A stretch of 64,000 nt of DNA from Eledone cirrhosa (Eukaryota), in the NCBI GenBank assembly GCA_964016885.1, contig OZ024744.1, forward strand, positions 124,372,001 through 124,436,000. The letters run 5' to 3'. How positions within the stretch are numbered: the first letter of the stretch is position 1; every line of letters begins with the position of its first letter. The notes beneath the pieces are model-generated. The model was given only the letters and a program-made list of their open reading frames with translations. It was not told the DNA's origin and made no database searches. A program made the position numbers and the translations under genes. Below, one piece after another: positions 39,901-57,100 of the stretch.

Positions 39901-42900
39901 CAGTGTGGAATGGCTACTTATTCTCATGACACCTTCATAACCACTTTACAGTATGTACTGGATACCTTTTGTCATAACACCTACATGACCACTTTACAGT
40001 ATGTACTGGGTACTTGTTGTGCCACCTACATGACTACTTTACAGTGAGTACTTGGTACTTTTGTTGTGACACCTTTAAACAACCACTTTACAGTATGTAC
40101 TGAGTAATTTTTGTTGTGACACCTACATGACTACTTTACAGTGTGTACTGGGTACTTTTTGTCATGACACCATCATGACCACTTTACAGTATGTACTGGG
40201 TACTTTTTGTTGTGACACCTACATGACCACTTTACAGTGTGGACTGGATACTTTTTGTCATGACACCTACATGACCACTTTACAGTGTGGACTGGGTACT
40301 TTTTATTGTGGCACCTACATGACTACTTTACAGTGTGTACTGGATACTTTTTGTCATAACACCTACATGGCCACTTTACAGTATGTACTGGGTACTTTTT
40401 GTCATAACACCTACATGACCACTTTACAGTATGTACTGGGTACTTGTTGTGCCACCTACATGACTACTTTACAGTGTGTACTGGGTACTATTTGTCAGGA
40501 CACATACATGACCACTTTACAGTGTGGATGGGTACTTTTTCTCATGACACCTTCATAACCACTTTACAGTATGTACTGAGTAAATTTTGTTGTGACACCT
40601 ACATGACCACTTTACAGTGTGGACTGGGTACATTATGTTGTGACACCTACATGACCACTTTACAGTGTGTACTGGATACTTTTTGTTGTGACACCTACAT
40701 GACCACTTTACAGTGTGTACTGGATACTTTTTGTCGTGACACCTACATGACCACTTTACAGTGTGGACTGGGTACTTTTTGTTGTGACACCTACATGACC
40801 ACTTTACAGTGTGTACTGGATACTTTTTGTCATGACACCTACATGACCACTTTACTGAGTGTACTGGGGACTTCCTGTTGTGACACCTACATGACCACTT
40901 GACTGTGTGGACTGGGTACTTTTTGTTGTGACACCTACATGACCACTTTACAGTGTGGTCTGGGTACATTATGTTGTGACACCTACATGACCACACAGTG
41001 TAGACTGGGTACTTTTTGTCATAACACCTACATGACCACTTTACAATGTGGATGGGTACTTTTTGTTGTGACACCTACATGACCACTTTACAGTGTGTAC
41101 TGGGTACTATTTGTCATGACACCTACATGACCACTTTACAGTGTGTACTGTGTACTTTTTGTTGTGACACCTACATGACCACTTTACAGTGTGTACTGGG
41201 TACTATTTGTCAGGACACCTACATGACCACTTTACAGTGTGGATGGGTACTTTTTCTCATGACACCTTCATAACCACTTTACAGTATGTACTGAGTAAAT
41301 TTTGTTGTGACACCTACATGACCACTTTACAGTGTGGACTGGGTACTTTTTGTCATGACACCTACATGACCACTTTACAGTGTGGACTGGGTACTTTTTG
41401 TTGTGACACCTACATGACCACTTTACAGTGTGTACTGGATACTTTTTGTCGTGACTCCTACATGACCACTTTACAGTGTGGACTGGGTAGTTTTTGTTGT
41501 GACAAACTACTACTTTACAGTGTGGACTGGGTAATTTATGCCATGACACCTACATGACCACACAGTGTAGACTGGGTACTTTTTGTCATAACACCTACAT
41601 GACCACTTGACTGTGTGTACTGGGTACTTTTTGTTGTGACAAACTAATGACTACTTTACAGTGTGGACTGGGTAATTTATGCCATGACACCTACATGACC
41701 ACACAGTGTAGACTGGGTACTTTTTGTCATAAAACCTACATGACCACTTTACAGTATGTACTGGGTACTTGATGTGCCACCTACATGACTACTTTACAGT
41801 GTGTACTGGGTACTATTTGTCATGACACCTACATGACCACTTTACAGTGTGGAATGGCTACTTTTTCTCATGACACCTTCATAACCACTTTACAGTATGT
41901 ACTGAGTATTTTTTGTTGTTACACCTACATGACCACTTTACAGTGTGTACTGGGTACTTTTTGTCATGACAGCTTCATGACTACTTTACAGTATGTACTG
42001 GGTACTTTTTGTTGTGACACCTACATGACCACTTTACAGTGTGGACTGGGTAATTTTTGTTGTGACACCTACATGACCACTTTACAGTGTGGAATGGCTA
42101 CTTTTTCTCATGACACCTTCATAACCACTTTACAGTATGTACTGAGTAATTTTTGTTGTGACACCTACATGACTACTCTACCGTGTGTACTGGGTACTTT
42201 TTGTCATGAGACCTTCATGACCACTTTACAGTATGTACTGGGTACTTTTTGTTGTGACACCTACATGACCACTTTACAGTGTGGACTGGATACTTTTTGT
42301 CGTGACACCTACATGACCACTTTACAGTGTGGACTGAGTAATTTTTGTTGTGACACCTACATGACCACTTTACAGTGTGTACTGGATACTTTTTATCATA
42401 ACACCTACATGACCACTTTACAGTATGTACTGGGTACTTGTTGTGCCACCTACATGACTACTTTACAGTGTGTACTGGGTACTATTTGTCATGACACCTA
42501 CATGACTACTTTACAGTGTGTACTGGGTACTAATTGTCATGACACCTACATGACTACTTTACAGTGTGTACTGGGTACTATTTGTCAGGACACCTACATG
42601 ACCACTTTACAGTATGTACTGAGTAAATTTTGTTGTGACACCTACATGACCACTTTACAGTGTGGACGGTACTTTTTGTCATGACACCTTCCTGACCACT
42701 TTACAGTATGTACTGGGTACTTTTTGTTGTGACACCTACATGACCACTTTACAGTGTGGACTGTGTACTTTTTGTTGTGACACCTACATGACCACTTTAC
42801 AGTGTGGACTGGGTACATTATCTTGTGACACCTACATGACCACACAGTGTAGACTGGGTACTTTTTGTCATAACACCTACATGACCACTTTACAGTATGC

Positions 42901-45900
42901 ACTGGGTACTTGTTGTGCCACCTACATGACTACTTTACAGTGTGTTCTGGGTACTATTTGTCATGACACCTACATGACTACTTTACAGTGTGTACTGGAT
43001 AGTTTTTGTCATGACACCTTCATAACCACTTTACAGTATGTACTGAGTAATTTTTGTTGTTACACCTACATGACTACTTTACAGCGTGTAGTGGTACTTT
43101 TTGTCATGACACCTACATGACCACTTTACAGTGTGGACTGGGTACTTTTTATTGTGACACCTACATGACCACTTTACAGTGTGGACTGGGTACATTATGT
43201 TGTGACACCTACATGACCACACGGTGTAGACGGGGTACTTTTTGTCATAACACCTACATGACCACTTTACAGTATGTACTGGGTACTTTTTGTGCCACCT
43301 ACACGACTACTTTACAGTGTGTACTGAGTACTATTTGTCATGACACCTACATCACCACTTTACAGTGTGGAATGGCTACTTTTTCTCATGACACCTTCAT
43401 AACCACTTTACAGTATGTACTGAGTAATTTTTGTCATGACACCTTCATGACCACTTTACAGTATGTACTGGGTACTTTTTGTTGTGACACCTACATGACC
43501 ACTTTACAGTGTGGACTGGGTACTTTTTGTTGTGACACCTACATGACCACTTTACAGTGTGGACTGGGTACATTATGTTGTGACACCTACATGACCACTT
43601 TACAGTGTGTACTGGATACTTTTTGTCGTGACTCCTACATGACCACTTTACAGTGTGGACTGGGTAGTTTTTGTTGTGACACCTACATGACCACTTTACA
43701 GTGTGTACTGGATACTTTTTGTCATGACACCTACATGACCACTTCACTGTGTGTACTGGGGACTTTCTGTTGTGACACCTACATGACCACTTGACTGTGT
43801 GTACTGGGTACTTTTTCTTGTGACAAACTAATGACTACTTTACAGTGTGGACTGGGTAATTTATGCCATGACACCTACATGACCACACAGTGTAGACTGG
43901 GTACTTTTTGTCATAAAACCTACATGACCACTTTACAGTATGTACTGGGTACTTGATGTGCCACCTACATGACTACTTTACAGTGTGTACTGGGTACTAT
44001 TTGTCATGACACCTACATGACCACTTTACAGTGTGGAATGGCTACTTTTTCTCATGACACCTTCATAACCACTTTACAGTATGTACTGAGTAATTTTTGT
44101 TGTTACACCTACATGACCACTTTACAGTGTGTACTGGGTACTTTTTGTCATGACAGCTTCATGACTACTTTACAGTATGTACTGGGTACTTTTTGTTGTG
44201 ACATCTACATGACCACTTTACAGTGTGGACTGGGTAATTTTTGTTGTGACACCTACATGACCACTTTACAGTGTGGAATGGCTACTTTTTCTCATGACAC
44301 CTTCATAACCACTTTACAGTATGTACTGAGTAATTTTTGTTGTGACACCTACATGACTACTCTACAGTGTGTACTGGGTACTTTTTGTCATGAGACCTTC
44401 ATGACCACTTTACAGTATGTACTGGGTACTTTTTGTTGTGACACCTACATGACCACTTTACAGTGTGGACTGGATACTTTTTGTCGTGACACCTACATGA
44501 CCACTTTACAGTGTGGACTGAGTAATTTTTGTTGTGACACCTACATGACCACTTTACAGTGTGTACTGGATACTTTTTATCATAACACCTACATGACCAC
44601 TTTACAGTATGTACTGGGTACTTGTTGTGCCACCTACATGACTACTTTACAGTGTGTACTGAGTACTATTTGTTATGACACCTACATCACCACTTTACAG
44701 TGTGGAATGGCTACTTTTTCTCATGACACCTTCATAACCACTTTACAGTATGTACTGAGTAATTTTTGTTGTGACACCTAGATGACTACTTTACAGTGTG
44801 TACTGGGTACTTTTTGTCATGACACCTACATGACCACTTTACAGTATGTACTGGGTACTTTTTGTCGTGACACCTACATGACTACTTTACAGTGTGGAAT
44901 GGCTACTTTTTGTTGTGACACCTACATGACCACTTTACAGTGTGGACTGGGTACTTTTTGTTGTGACACCTACATGACCACTTTACAGTGTGGACTGGGT
45001 ACATTATGTTGTGACACCTACATGACCACATTACAGTGTGTACTGGATACTTTTTGTCGTGACTCCTACATGACCACTTTACAGTGTGGACTGGGTAGTT
45101 TTTGTTGTGACACCTACATGACCACTTTACAGTGTGTACTGGATAGTTTTTGTCATGACACCTACATGACCACTTTACTGTGTGTACTGGGGACTTTCTG
45201 TTGTGACACCTACATGACCACTTGACTGTGTGTACTGGGTACTTTTTGTTGTGACAAACTAATGACTACTTTACAGTGTGGACTGGGTAATTTATGCCAT
45301 GACACCTACATGACCACACAGTGTAGACTGGGTACTTTTTGTCATAAAACCTACATGACCACTTTACAGTATGTACTGGGTACTTGTTGTGCCACCTACA
45401 TGACTACTTTACAGTGTGTACTGGGTACTATTTGTCATGACACCTACATGACGACTTTACAGTGTGGAATGGCTACTTTTTCTCATGACACCTTCATAAC
45501 CACTTTACAGTATGTACTGAGTAATTTTTGTTGTTACACCTACATGACCACTTTACAGTGTGTACTGGGTACTTTTTGTCATGACAGCTTCATGACCACT
45601 TTACAGTATGTACTGGGTACTTTTTGTTGTGACACCTACATGACCACACAGTGTAGACTGGGTACTTTTTATCATAATACCTACATGACCACGTTACAGT
45701 ATGTACTGGGTACTTGTTGTGCCACCTACATGACTACTTTACAGTGTGTACTGGGTACTATTTGTCATGACACCTACATGACGACTTTACAGTGTGGAAT
45801 GACTACTTTTTCTATTGACACCTTCATATCCACTTTACAGTATGTACTGAGTAATTGTTGTTGTTACACCTACATGACCACTTTACAGTGTGTACTGGGT

Positions 45901-48900
45901 ACTTTTTGTCATGACAGCTTCATGACCACTTTACAGTATGTACTGGGTACTTTTTGTTGTGACACCTACATGACCACTTTACAGTGTGGAATGGCTACTT
46001 TTTCTCATGACACCTTCATAACCACTTTACAGTATGTGCTGAGTAATTTTTGTTGTGACACCTACATGACTACTTTACAGTGTGTACTGGGTACTTTTTG
46101 TCATGACAGCTTCATGACCACTTTACAGTATGTACTGGGTACTTTTTGTTGTGACACCTACATGACCACACAGTGTAGACTGGGTACTTTTTGTCATAAT
46201 ACCTACATGACCACGTTACAGTATGTACTGGGTACTTGTTGTGCCACCTACACGACTACTTTACAGTGTGTACTGGGTACTATTTGTCATGACACCTACA
46301 TGACTACTTTACAGTGTGTACTGGATAGTTTTTGTCATGACACCTTCATAACCACTTTACAGTATGTACTGAGTAATTTTTGCTGTTACACCTACATGAC
46401 TACTTTACAGTGTGTAGTGGGTACTTTTTGTCATGACACCTTCATGACCACTTTATAGTATGTACTGGATACTTTTTGTTGTGACACCTACATGACTACT
46501 TTACAGTGTGGACTGCGTCCTTTTTGTTGTGACACCTACATGACCACTTTACAGTGTGGACTGGGTACTTTTTGTTGTGACACCTACATGACCACTTTAC
46601 AGTGTGGACTGGGTACATTATGTTGTGACACCTACATGACCACTTTACAGTGTGTACTGGATACTTTTTCTCGTGACTCCTACATGACCATTTTACAGTG
46701 TGGACTAGGTAGTTTTTGTTGTGACACCTACATGACCACTTTACAGTGTGTACTGGATAGTTTTTGTCATGACACCTACATGACCACTTCACTGTGTGTC
46801 CTGGGGACTTTCTGTTGTGACACCTACATGACCACTTGACTGTGTGTACTGGGTACTTTTTGTTGTGACAAACTAATGACTACTTTACAGTGTGGACTGG
46901 GTAATTTATGCCATGACACCTACATGACCACACAGTGTAGACTGGGTACTTTTTGTCATAAAAGCTACATGACCACTTTACAGTATGTACTGGGTACTTG
47001 ATGTGCCACCTACATGACTACTTTACAGTGTGTACTGGGTACTATTTGTCATGACACCTACATGACCACTTTAAAGTGTGGAATGGCTACTTTTTCTCAT
47101 GACACCTTCATAACCACTTTACAGTATGTACTGAGTAATTTTTGTTGTTACACCTACATGACCACTTTACAGTGTGTACTGGGTACTTTTTGTCATGACG
47201 GCTTCATGACCACTTTACAGTATGTACTGGGTACTTTTTGTTGTGACACCTACATGACCACTTTACAGTGTGGACTGGGTAATTTTTGTTGTGACACCTA
47301 CATGACCACTTTACAGTGTGGAATGGCTACTTTTTCTCATGACACCACCTTCATAACCACTTTACAGTATGTACTGAGTAATTTTTGTTGTGACACCTAC
47401 ATGACTACTTTACAGTGTGTACTGGGTACTTTTTGTCATGAGACCACTTTACAGTATGTACTGGGTACTTTTTGTTGTGACACCTACATGACTAATTTAC
47501 AGTGTGTACTGGGTACTATTTGTCAGGACACCTACATGACCACTTTACAGTGTGGACTGGGTAGTTTTTGTTGTGACACCTACATGACTACTTTACAGTG
47601 TGGACTGGGAACTTTTTGTTGTGACACCTACATGACCACTTTACTGTGTGTACTGGGTACTTTTTGTTGTGACACCTACATGACTACTTTCCAGTGTGGA
47701 CTGGGTAATTTATGTCATGACACCTACATGACCACACATTGTAGACGGGGTACTTTTTGTCATAACACCTACATGACCACTTTACAGTATGTACTGGGTA
47801 CTTGTTGTGCCACCTACATGACTACTTTACAGTGTGTACTGGGTACTATTTGTCATGACACCTACATGTCCACTTTACAGTGTGGAATCGGTACTTTTTC
47901 TCAGGACACCTTCATAACCACTTTACAGTATGTACTGAGTAATTTTTGTTGTGACACCTACATGACTACTTTACAGTGTGGACTGGGTACTTTTTGTCAT
48001 GACACCTTCATGACCACTTTACAGTATGTACTGGGTACTCTTTGTTGTGACACCTACATGACCACTTTACAGTGTGGACTGGGTACTTTTTATTGTGACA
48101 CCTACATGACCACTTTACAATGTGGACTGGGTACATTATGTTGTGACACCAACATGACCAAACGGTGTAGACTGGGTACTTTTTGTCATAACACCTACAT
48201 GACCACTTTACAGTATGTACTGGGTACTTGTTGTGCCACCTACACGACTACTTTACAGTGTGTACTGAGTACTATTTGTCATGACACCTACATCACCACT
48301 TTACAGTGTGGAATGGCTACTTTTTCTCATAACACCTTCATAACCACTTTACAGTATGTACTGAGTAATTTTTGTTGTGACACCTACATGACTACTTTAC
48401 AGTGTGTACTGGGTACTTTTTGTCATGACACCTTCATGACCACTTTACAGTATGTACTGGGTACTTTTTGTTGTGACACCTACATGACCACTTTACAGTG
48501 TGGACTGGGTACTTTTTGTTGTGACACCTACATGACCACTTTACAGTGTGGACTGGGTACTTTTTGTTGTGACACCTACATGAGCGCTTTACAGTGTGGA
48601 CTGGGTACATTATGTTGTGACACCTACATGACCACTTTACAGTGTGTACTGGATACTTTTTGTCGTGAGTCCTACATGACCACTTTACAGTGTGGACTGG
48701 GTAGTTTTTGTTGTGACACCTACATGACCACACAGTGTAGACTGGGTACTTTTTGTCATAACAACTACATGAACACTTTACAGTATGTACTGGGTACTTG
48801 TTGTGCCACCTACATGACCACTTTACAGTGTGGAATGGCTACTTTTTCTCATGACACCTTCATAACCACTTTACAGTATGTACTGAGTAATTTTTGTTGT

Positions 48901-51900
48901 GACACCTACATGACTACTTTACAGTGTGTACTGGGTACTATTTGTCATGACACCTACATGACTACTTTGCAGTGTGTACTGGGTATTATTTGTCATGACA
49001 CCTACATGACTACTTTACAGTGTGTACTGGGTACTATTTATCAGGACACCTACATGACGACTTTACAGTGTGTATGGGTACTTTTTCTCATGACACCTTC
49101 ATAACCACTTTACAGTATCTACTGAGTAAATTTTGTTGTGACACCTACATGACCACTTTACAGTGTGAACGGTACTTTTTGTCATGACACCTTCATGACC
49201 ACTTTACAGTATGTACTGGGTACTTTTTGTTGTGACACCTACATGACCACTTTACAGTGTGGACTGGGTACTTTTTGTTGTGACACCTACATGACCACTT
49301 TACAGTGTGGACTGGGTACATTATGTTGTGACACCTACATGACCACACAGTGTAGACTGGGTACTTTTTGTCATAACACCTACATGACCACTTTACAGTA
49401 TGCACTGGGTACTTGTTGTTTCCACCTACATGACTACTTTACAGTGTGTACTGTGTACTATTTGTCATGACACCTATATGACCACTTTACAGTGTGGAAT
49501 GGGTACTTTTTCTCATGACACCTTCATAACCACTTTACAGTATGTACTGAGTAATTTTTGTTGTTACACCTACATGACTACTTTACAGTGTGTACTGGGT
49601 ACTTTTTGTCATGACACCTTCATGACCATTTTACAGTATGTACTGGGTACTTTTTGTTGTGACACCTACATGACCACTTTACAGTGTGGACTGGGTAATT
49701 TTTGTTGTGACACCTACATGACCACTTTACAGTGTGGACTGGGTACTTTTTGTTGTGTCACCTACATGACCACTTTACAGTGTGTACTGGGTACTTTTTG
49801 TTGTGACACCTACATGACTACTTTACAGTGTGGACTGGGTAATTTATGTCATGACACCTACATGACCACACATTGTAGACTGGTTACTTTTTGTCATAAC
49901 ACCTACATGACCACTTTACAGTATGTACTGGGTACTTTTGTTCCACCTACATGACTACTTTACAGTGTCTACTGGGTACTATTTGTCAGGACACCTACAT
50001 GACCAATTTACAGTGTGGATGGGTACTTTTTCTCATGACACCTTCATAACCACTTTACAGTATGTACTGAGTAAATTTTGTTGTGACACCTACATGACCA
50101 CTTTACAGTGTGTACTGGGTACTTTTTGTTGTGACACCTACATGACCACTTTACAGTGTGGACTGGGTACATTTTGTTGTGACACCTACATGACCACTTT
50201 ACAGTGTGTACTGGGTACTTTTTGTTGTGACACCTACATGACCACTTTACAGTGTGGACTGGGTACTTTTTGTTGTGTCACCTACATGACCACTTTACAG
50301 TGTGTACTGGATACTTTTTGTCATGACACCTACATGACCACTTTACTGTGTGTACTGGGTACTTTTTGTTGTGACACCTACATGACCACTTTACAGTGTG
50401 GACTGGGTACTTTTTGTGATGACACCTACATGACCACACATTGTAGACTGGGTACTTTTTGTCATAACACCTACATGACCGCTTTACAGTATGTACTGTG
50501 TACTTGTTGTGCCACCTACATGACTACTTTACAGTGTGTACTGGGTACTATTTATCATGAGACCTTCATGACCACTTTACAGTATGTACTGGGTACTTTT
50601 TGTGGTGCCATCTACATGACCACTTTACAGTGTGTACTGGATACTTTTTGTCATGACACCTACATGACCACTTTACTGTGTGTACTGGGTACTTTTTGTT
50701 GTGACACCTACATGACCACTTTACTGTGTGTACTGGGTACTTTTTGTCATAACACTTACATTACTACTTTACAGTGTGTACTGGGTACCATTTGTCATGA
50801 GACTACATGACCACTTTACAGTGTGTACTGGGTGCTTGTTGTTGTGCCACCTACATGACTACTTTACAGTATGCACTGGGTACTTTTTGTTGTAAAACCT
50901 ACATGACCACTTTACAGTGTGGAATAGGTACTTTTTATCATGACACCTTCATAACCACTTTACAGTATGTACTGGGTACTTTTTGTTGTGACACCTACAT
51001 GACTACTTTACAGTGTGTACTGGGTACTTTTTGTTGTGACGCCTACATGACCACTTTCCAGTGTTTATTGGGTATTTTTTGTAATGACACCTACATGACC
51101 ACTCTACAGTGTGTACTGGGTACTTTTTGTTGTGACACCTACATGACTAATTTACAATGTGTACTGGGTACTTCTTGTTGTAACACCTACATGATCACTT
51201 TACAGTGTGGACTGGGTACATTTTGTTGTGACACCTACATGACCCCTTTACTGTGTGTACTGGGTACTTTTTGTGCCACCTACATGACTACTTTACAGTG
51301 TGGAATAGGTACTTTTTATCATGACACCTTCATAACCACTTTACAGTATGTACTAAGTAATTTTTGTTGTGACACCTACATGACCACTTTACAGTGTGTA
51401 CTGAGTACTTTTTGTTGTGACATCTATATAACCACTTTACAGTGTGGAATGGGTACTTTTTGTTGTGACACCTACATGACCACTTTACAGTGTGTACTGG
51501 GTACTTTTTGTTGGGACACCTACATGACCACTTTGCAGTGTATACTCAGTACTTTTTGTTGTGACACCTACATGACCACTTTACAGTGTGGACTGGGTAC
51601 ATTTTGTTGTGACACCTACATGACCACTTTACAGTGTGTACTGGGTACTTTTTCTTGTGACACCTACATGACCACTTTACAGTGTGGACTGGGTACATTT
51701 TGTTGTGACACCTACATGACCACTTTACAGTGTGTACTGGGTACTTTTTGTTGTGACACCTACATGACCACTTTACAGTGTGGACTGGGTACTTTTTGTT
51801 GTGACACCTACATGACCACTTTACTGTGTGTACTGGGTACTTTTTGTTGTGACACCTACATGACTACTTTACAGTGTGGACTGGGTAATTTATGTCATGA

Positions 51901-54199
51901 CACCTACATGACCACACATTGTAGACTGGGTACTTTTTGTCATAACACCTATATGACCGCTTTACAGTATGTACTGTGTACTTGTTGTGCCACCTACATG
52001 ACTACTTTACAGTGTGTACTGGGTACTATTTGTCATGACACCTACATGACCACTTTACAGTGTGGAATGGGTACTTTTTGTCCTGACACCTTCATGACCA
52101 CTTTACTGTGTGTACTGGGTACTTTTTGTTGTGACACCTACATGACTACTTTACAGTGTGGACTGGGTAATTTATGTCATGACACCTACATGACCACACA
52201 TTGTAGACTGGTTACTTTTTGTCATAACACCTACATGACCACTTTACAGTATGTACTGGGTACTTTTGTGCCACCTACATGACTACTTTACAGTGTGTAC
52301 TGGGTACTATTTGTCAGGACACCTACATGACCACTTTACAGTGTGGATGGGTACTTTTTCTCATGACACCTTCATAACCACTTTACAGTATGTACTGAGT
52401 AAATTTTGTTGTGACACCTACATGACCACTTTACAGTGTGGACTGGGTACATTTTGTTGTGACACCTACATGACCACTTTACAGTGTGTACTGGGTACTT
52501 TTTGTTGTGACACCTACATGACCACTTTACAGTGTGGACTGGGTACATTTTGTTGTGACACCTACATGACCACTTTACAGTGTGTACTGGGTACTTTTTG
52601 TTATGACACCTACATGACCACTTTACAGTGTGGACTGGGTACTTTTTGTTGTGTCACCTACATGACCACTTTACTGTGTGTACTGGGTACTTTTTGTCAT
52701 AACACCTACATGACCGCTTTACAGTATGTACTGTGTACTTGTTGTGCCACCTACATGACTACTTTACAGTGTGTACTGGGTACTATTTATCATGAGACCT
52801 TCATGACCACTTTACAGTATGTACTGGGTACTTTTTGTTGTGACACCTACATGACTACTTTACAGTGTGTACTGGGTACTTTTTGTCATGAGACCTTCAT
52901 GACCACTTTACAGTATGTACTGGGTACTTTTTGTTGTGACACCTACATGACCACTTTACAGTGTGGACTGCGTAGTTTTTGTTGTGACACCTACATGACC
53001 ACTTTACAGTGTGTACTGGGTACTTTTTGTGGTGCCATCTACATGACCACTTTACAGTGTGTACTGGATACTTTTTGTCATGACACCTACATGACCACTT
53101 TACTGTGTGTACTGGGTACTTTTTGTTGTGACACCTACATGACCACTTTATAGTGTGTACTGGATACTTTTTGTCATGACACCTACATGATCACTTTACT
53201 GAGTGTACTGGGTACTTTCTGTTGTGACGTGGACTGGATATTTTGTCTTGTAACACCTACATGACTACTTTGCAGTGTGGACTGGGTACTTTTTGTGATG
53301 ACACCTACATGACCACTTTACTGTGTGTACTGGGTACTTTTTGTCATAACACTTACATTACTACTTTACAGTGTGTACTGGGTACCATTTGTCATGAGAC
53401 TACATGACCACTTTACAGTGTGTACTGGCTGCTTGTTGTTGTGCCACCTACATGACTACTTTACAGTATGCACTGGGTACTTTTTGTTGTAAAACCTACA
53501 TGACCACTTTACAGTGTGGAATAGGTACTTTTTATCATGACACCTTCATAACCACTTTACAGTATGTACTGGGTACTTTTTGTTGTGACACCTACATGAC
53601 CACTTTACAGTGTGTACTGTGTACTTTTTGTTGTGACACCTACATGACCACTTTACAGTGTGTACTGGGTACTTTTTGTTGTGACGCCTACATGACCACT
53701 TTACAGTGTGTACTGGGTACTTTTTGTTGTGACGCCTACATGACCACTTTCCAGTGTTTACTGGGTATTTTTTGTAATGGCACCTACATGACCACTCTAC
53801 AGTGTGTACTGGGTACTTTTTGTTGTGACACCTACATGATCACTTTACAGTGTGGACTGGGTACATTTTGTTGTGACACCTACATGACACCTTTACTGTG
53901 TGTACTGGGTACTTTTTGTTGTGACACCTACATGACCACTTTACAGTGTGTACTGGGTACTTTTTGTTGTGACGCCTACATGACCACTTTCCAGTGTTTA
54001 CTGGGTATTTTTTGTAATGACACCTACATGACCACTCTACAGTGTGTACTGGGTACTTTTTGTTGTGACACCTACATGACTAATTTACAATGTGTACTGG
54101 GTACTTCTTGTTGTAACACCTACATGATCACTTTACAGTGTGGACTGGGTACATTTTGTTGTGACACCTACATGACCCCTTTACTGTGTGTACTGGGTA

Positions 54200-57100
54200 C
54201 TTTTTGTGCCACCTACATGACTACTTTACAGTGTGGAATAGGTACTTTTTATCATGACACCTTCATAACCACTTTACAGTATGTACTGAGTAATTTTTGT
54301 TGTGACACCTACATGACCACTTTACAGTGTGGAATGGGTACTTTTTGTCATGATACCTTCATGACCGCTTTACAGTATGTACTGGGTACTTTTTGTTGTG
54401 ACACCTACATGACCACTTTACAGTGTGTACTGAGTACTTTTTGTTGTGACATCTATATAACCACTTTACAGTGTGGAATGGGTACTTTTTGTTGTGACAC
54501 CTACATGACCACTTTACAGTGTGTACTGGGTACTTTTTGTTGGGACACCTACCTGACCACTTTGCAGTGTATACTCGGTACTTTTTGTTGTGACACCTAC
54601 ATGACCACTTTACAGTGTGGACTGGGTACATTTTGTTGTGACACCTACATGACCACTTTACAGTGTGTACTGGGTACTTTTTGTTGTGACACCTACATGA
54701 CCACTTTACAGTGTGGACGGTACATTTTGTTGTGACACCTACATGACCACTTTACAGTGTGTACTGGGTACTTTTTGTTGTGACACCTACATGACCACTT
54801 TACAGTGTGGACTGGGTACTTTTTGTTGTGACACCTACATGACCACTTTACTGTGTGTACTGGGTACTTTTTGTTGTGACACCTACATGACTACTTTACA
54901 GTGTGGACTGGGTAATTTATGTCATGACACCTACATGACCACACATTGTAGACTGGGTACTTTTTGTCATAACACCTATATGACCACTTTACAGTATGTA
55001 CTGTGTACTTGTTGTGCCACCTACATGACTACTTTACAGTGTGTACTGGGTACTATTTGTCATGACACCTACATGACCACTTTACAGTGTGGAATGGGTA
55101 CTTTTTGTCATGACACCTTCATGACCACTTTACAGTATGTACTGGGTATTTTGTGTTGTGACACCTACATGACCACTTTATAGTGTGGACTGGGTAGTTT
55201 TTGTTGTGACTCCTACATGACCACATTACAGTGTGTACTGGGTACTTTTTGTTGTGACACGTACATGACCACTTTACAGTGTGTACTGAGTACTTTTTGT
55301 TGTGACACCTACATGACCACTTTACAGTATGGACTGGGTACTTTTTGTTGTGACACCTTCATAACCACTTTACAGTATGTACTGAGTAATTTTTGTTGTT
55401 ACCCCTACATGACCACTTTACAGTGTGTACTGGGTACTTTTTGTCATGACAGCTTCATGACCACTTTACAGTATGTACTGGGTACTTTTTGTTGTGACAC
55501 CTACATGACCACTTTACAGTGTGGACTGGGTAATTTTTGTTGTGACACCTACATGACCACTTTACAGTGTGGAATGGCTACTTTTTCTCATGACACCTTC
55601 ATAACCACTTTACAGTATGTACTGAGTAATTTTTGTTGTGACACCTACATGACTACTTTACAGTGTGTACTGGGTACTTTTTGTCATGAGACCTTCAATA
55701 CCACTTTACAGTATGTACTGGGTACTTTTTGTTGTGAAACCTGAATGACTACTTTACAGTGTGTACTGGGTACTATTTGTCAGGACACCTACATGACCAC
55801 TTTACAGTGTGGACTGGGTAGTTTTTGTTGTGACACCTACATGACTACTTTACAGTGTGGACTGGGAACTTTTTGTTGTGACACCTACATGACCACTTTA
55901 CTGTGTGTACTGGGTACTTTTCGTTGTGACACCTACATGACCACTTTACAGTAAGGACTGGGTACTTTTTGTTGTGACACCTTCATAACCACTTTACAGT
56001 ATGTACTGAGTAATTTTTGTTGTTACACCTACATGACCACTTTACAGTGTGTACTGGGTACTTTTTGTCATGAGACCTTCATGACCACTTTACAGTATGT
56101 ACTGGGTACTTTTTGTTGTGACACCTACATGACCACTTTACAGTGTGGACTGCATAGTTTTTGTTGTGACACCTACATGACCACTTTACAGTGTGTACTG
56201 GGTACTTTTTGTGGTGCCATCTACATGACCACTTTACAGTGTGTACTGGATACTTTTTGTCATGACACCTACATGACCACTTTACTGTGTGTACTGGGTA
56301 CTTTTCGTTGTGCCACCTACATGACTACTTTACAGTGTGGAATAGGTACTTTTTATCATAACACCTTCATAACCAATTTACAGTATGTACTGAGTAATTT
56401 TTGTTGTGACACCTACATGACCACTTTACAGTGTGGAATGGGTACTTTTTGTCATGATACCTTCATGACCACTTTACAGTATGTACTGGGTACTTTTTGT
56501 TGTGACACCTACATGACCACTTTACAGTGTGTACTGAGTACTTTTTGTTGTGACATCTATATAACCACTTTACAGTGTGGAATGGGTACTTTTTGTTGTG
56601 ACACCTACATGACCACTTTACAGTGTGTACTGGGTACTTTTTGTTGGGACACCTACCTGACCACTTTGCAGTGTATACTCGGTACTTTTTGTTGTGACAC
56701 CTACATGACCACTTTACAGTGTGGACTGGGTACATTTTGTTGTGACACCTACATGACCACTTTACAGTGTGTACTGGGTACTTTTTGTTGTGACACCTAC
56801 ATGACCACTTTACAGTGTGGACTGGGTACATTTTGTTGTGACACCTACATGACCACTTTACAGTGTGTACTGGGTACTTTTTGTTGTGACACCTACATGA
56901 CCACTTTACAGTGTGGACTGGGTACTTTTTGTTGTGACACCTACATGACCACTTTACTGTGTGTACTGGGTACTTTTTGTTGTGACACCTACATGACTAC
57001 TTTACAGTGTGGACTGGGTAATTTATGTCATGACACCTACATGACCACACATTGTAGACTGGGTACTTTTTGTCATAACACCTATATGACCGCTTTACAG

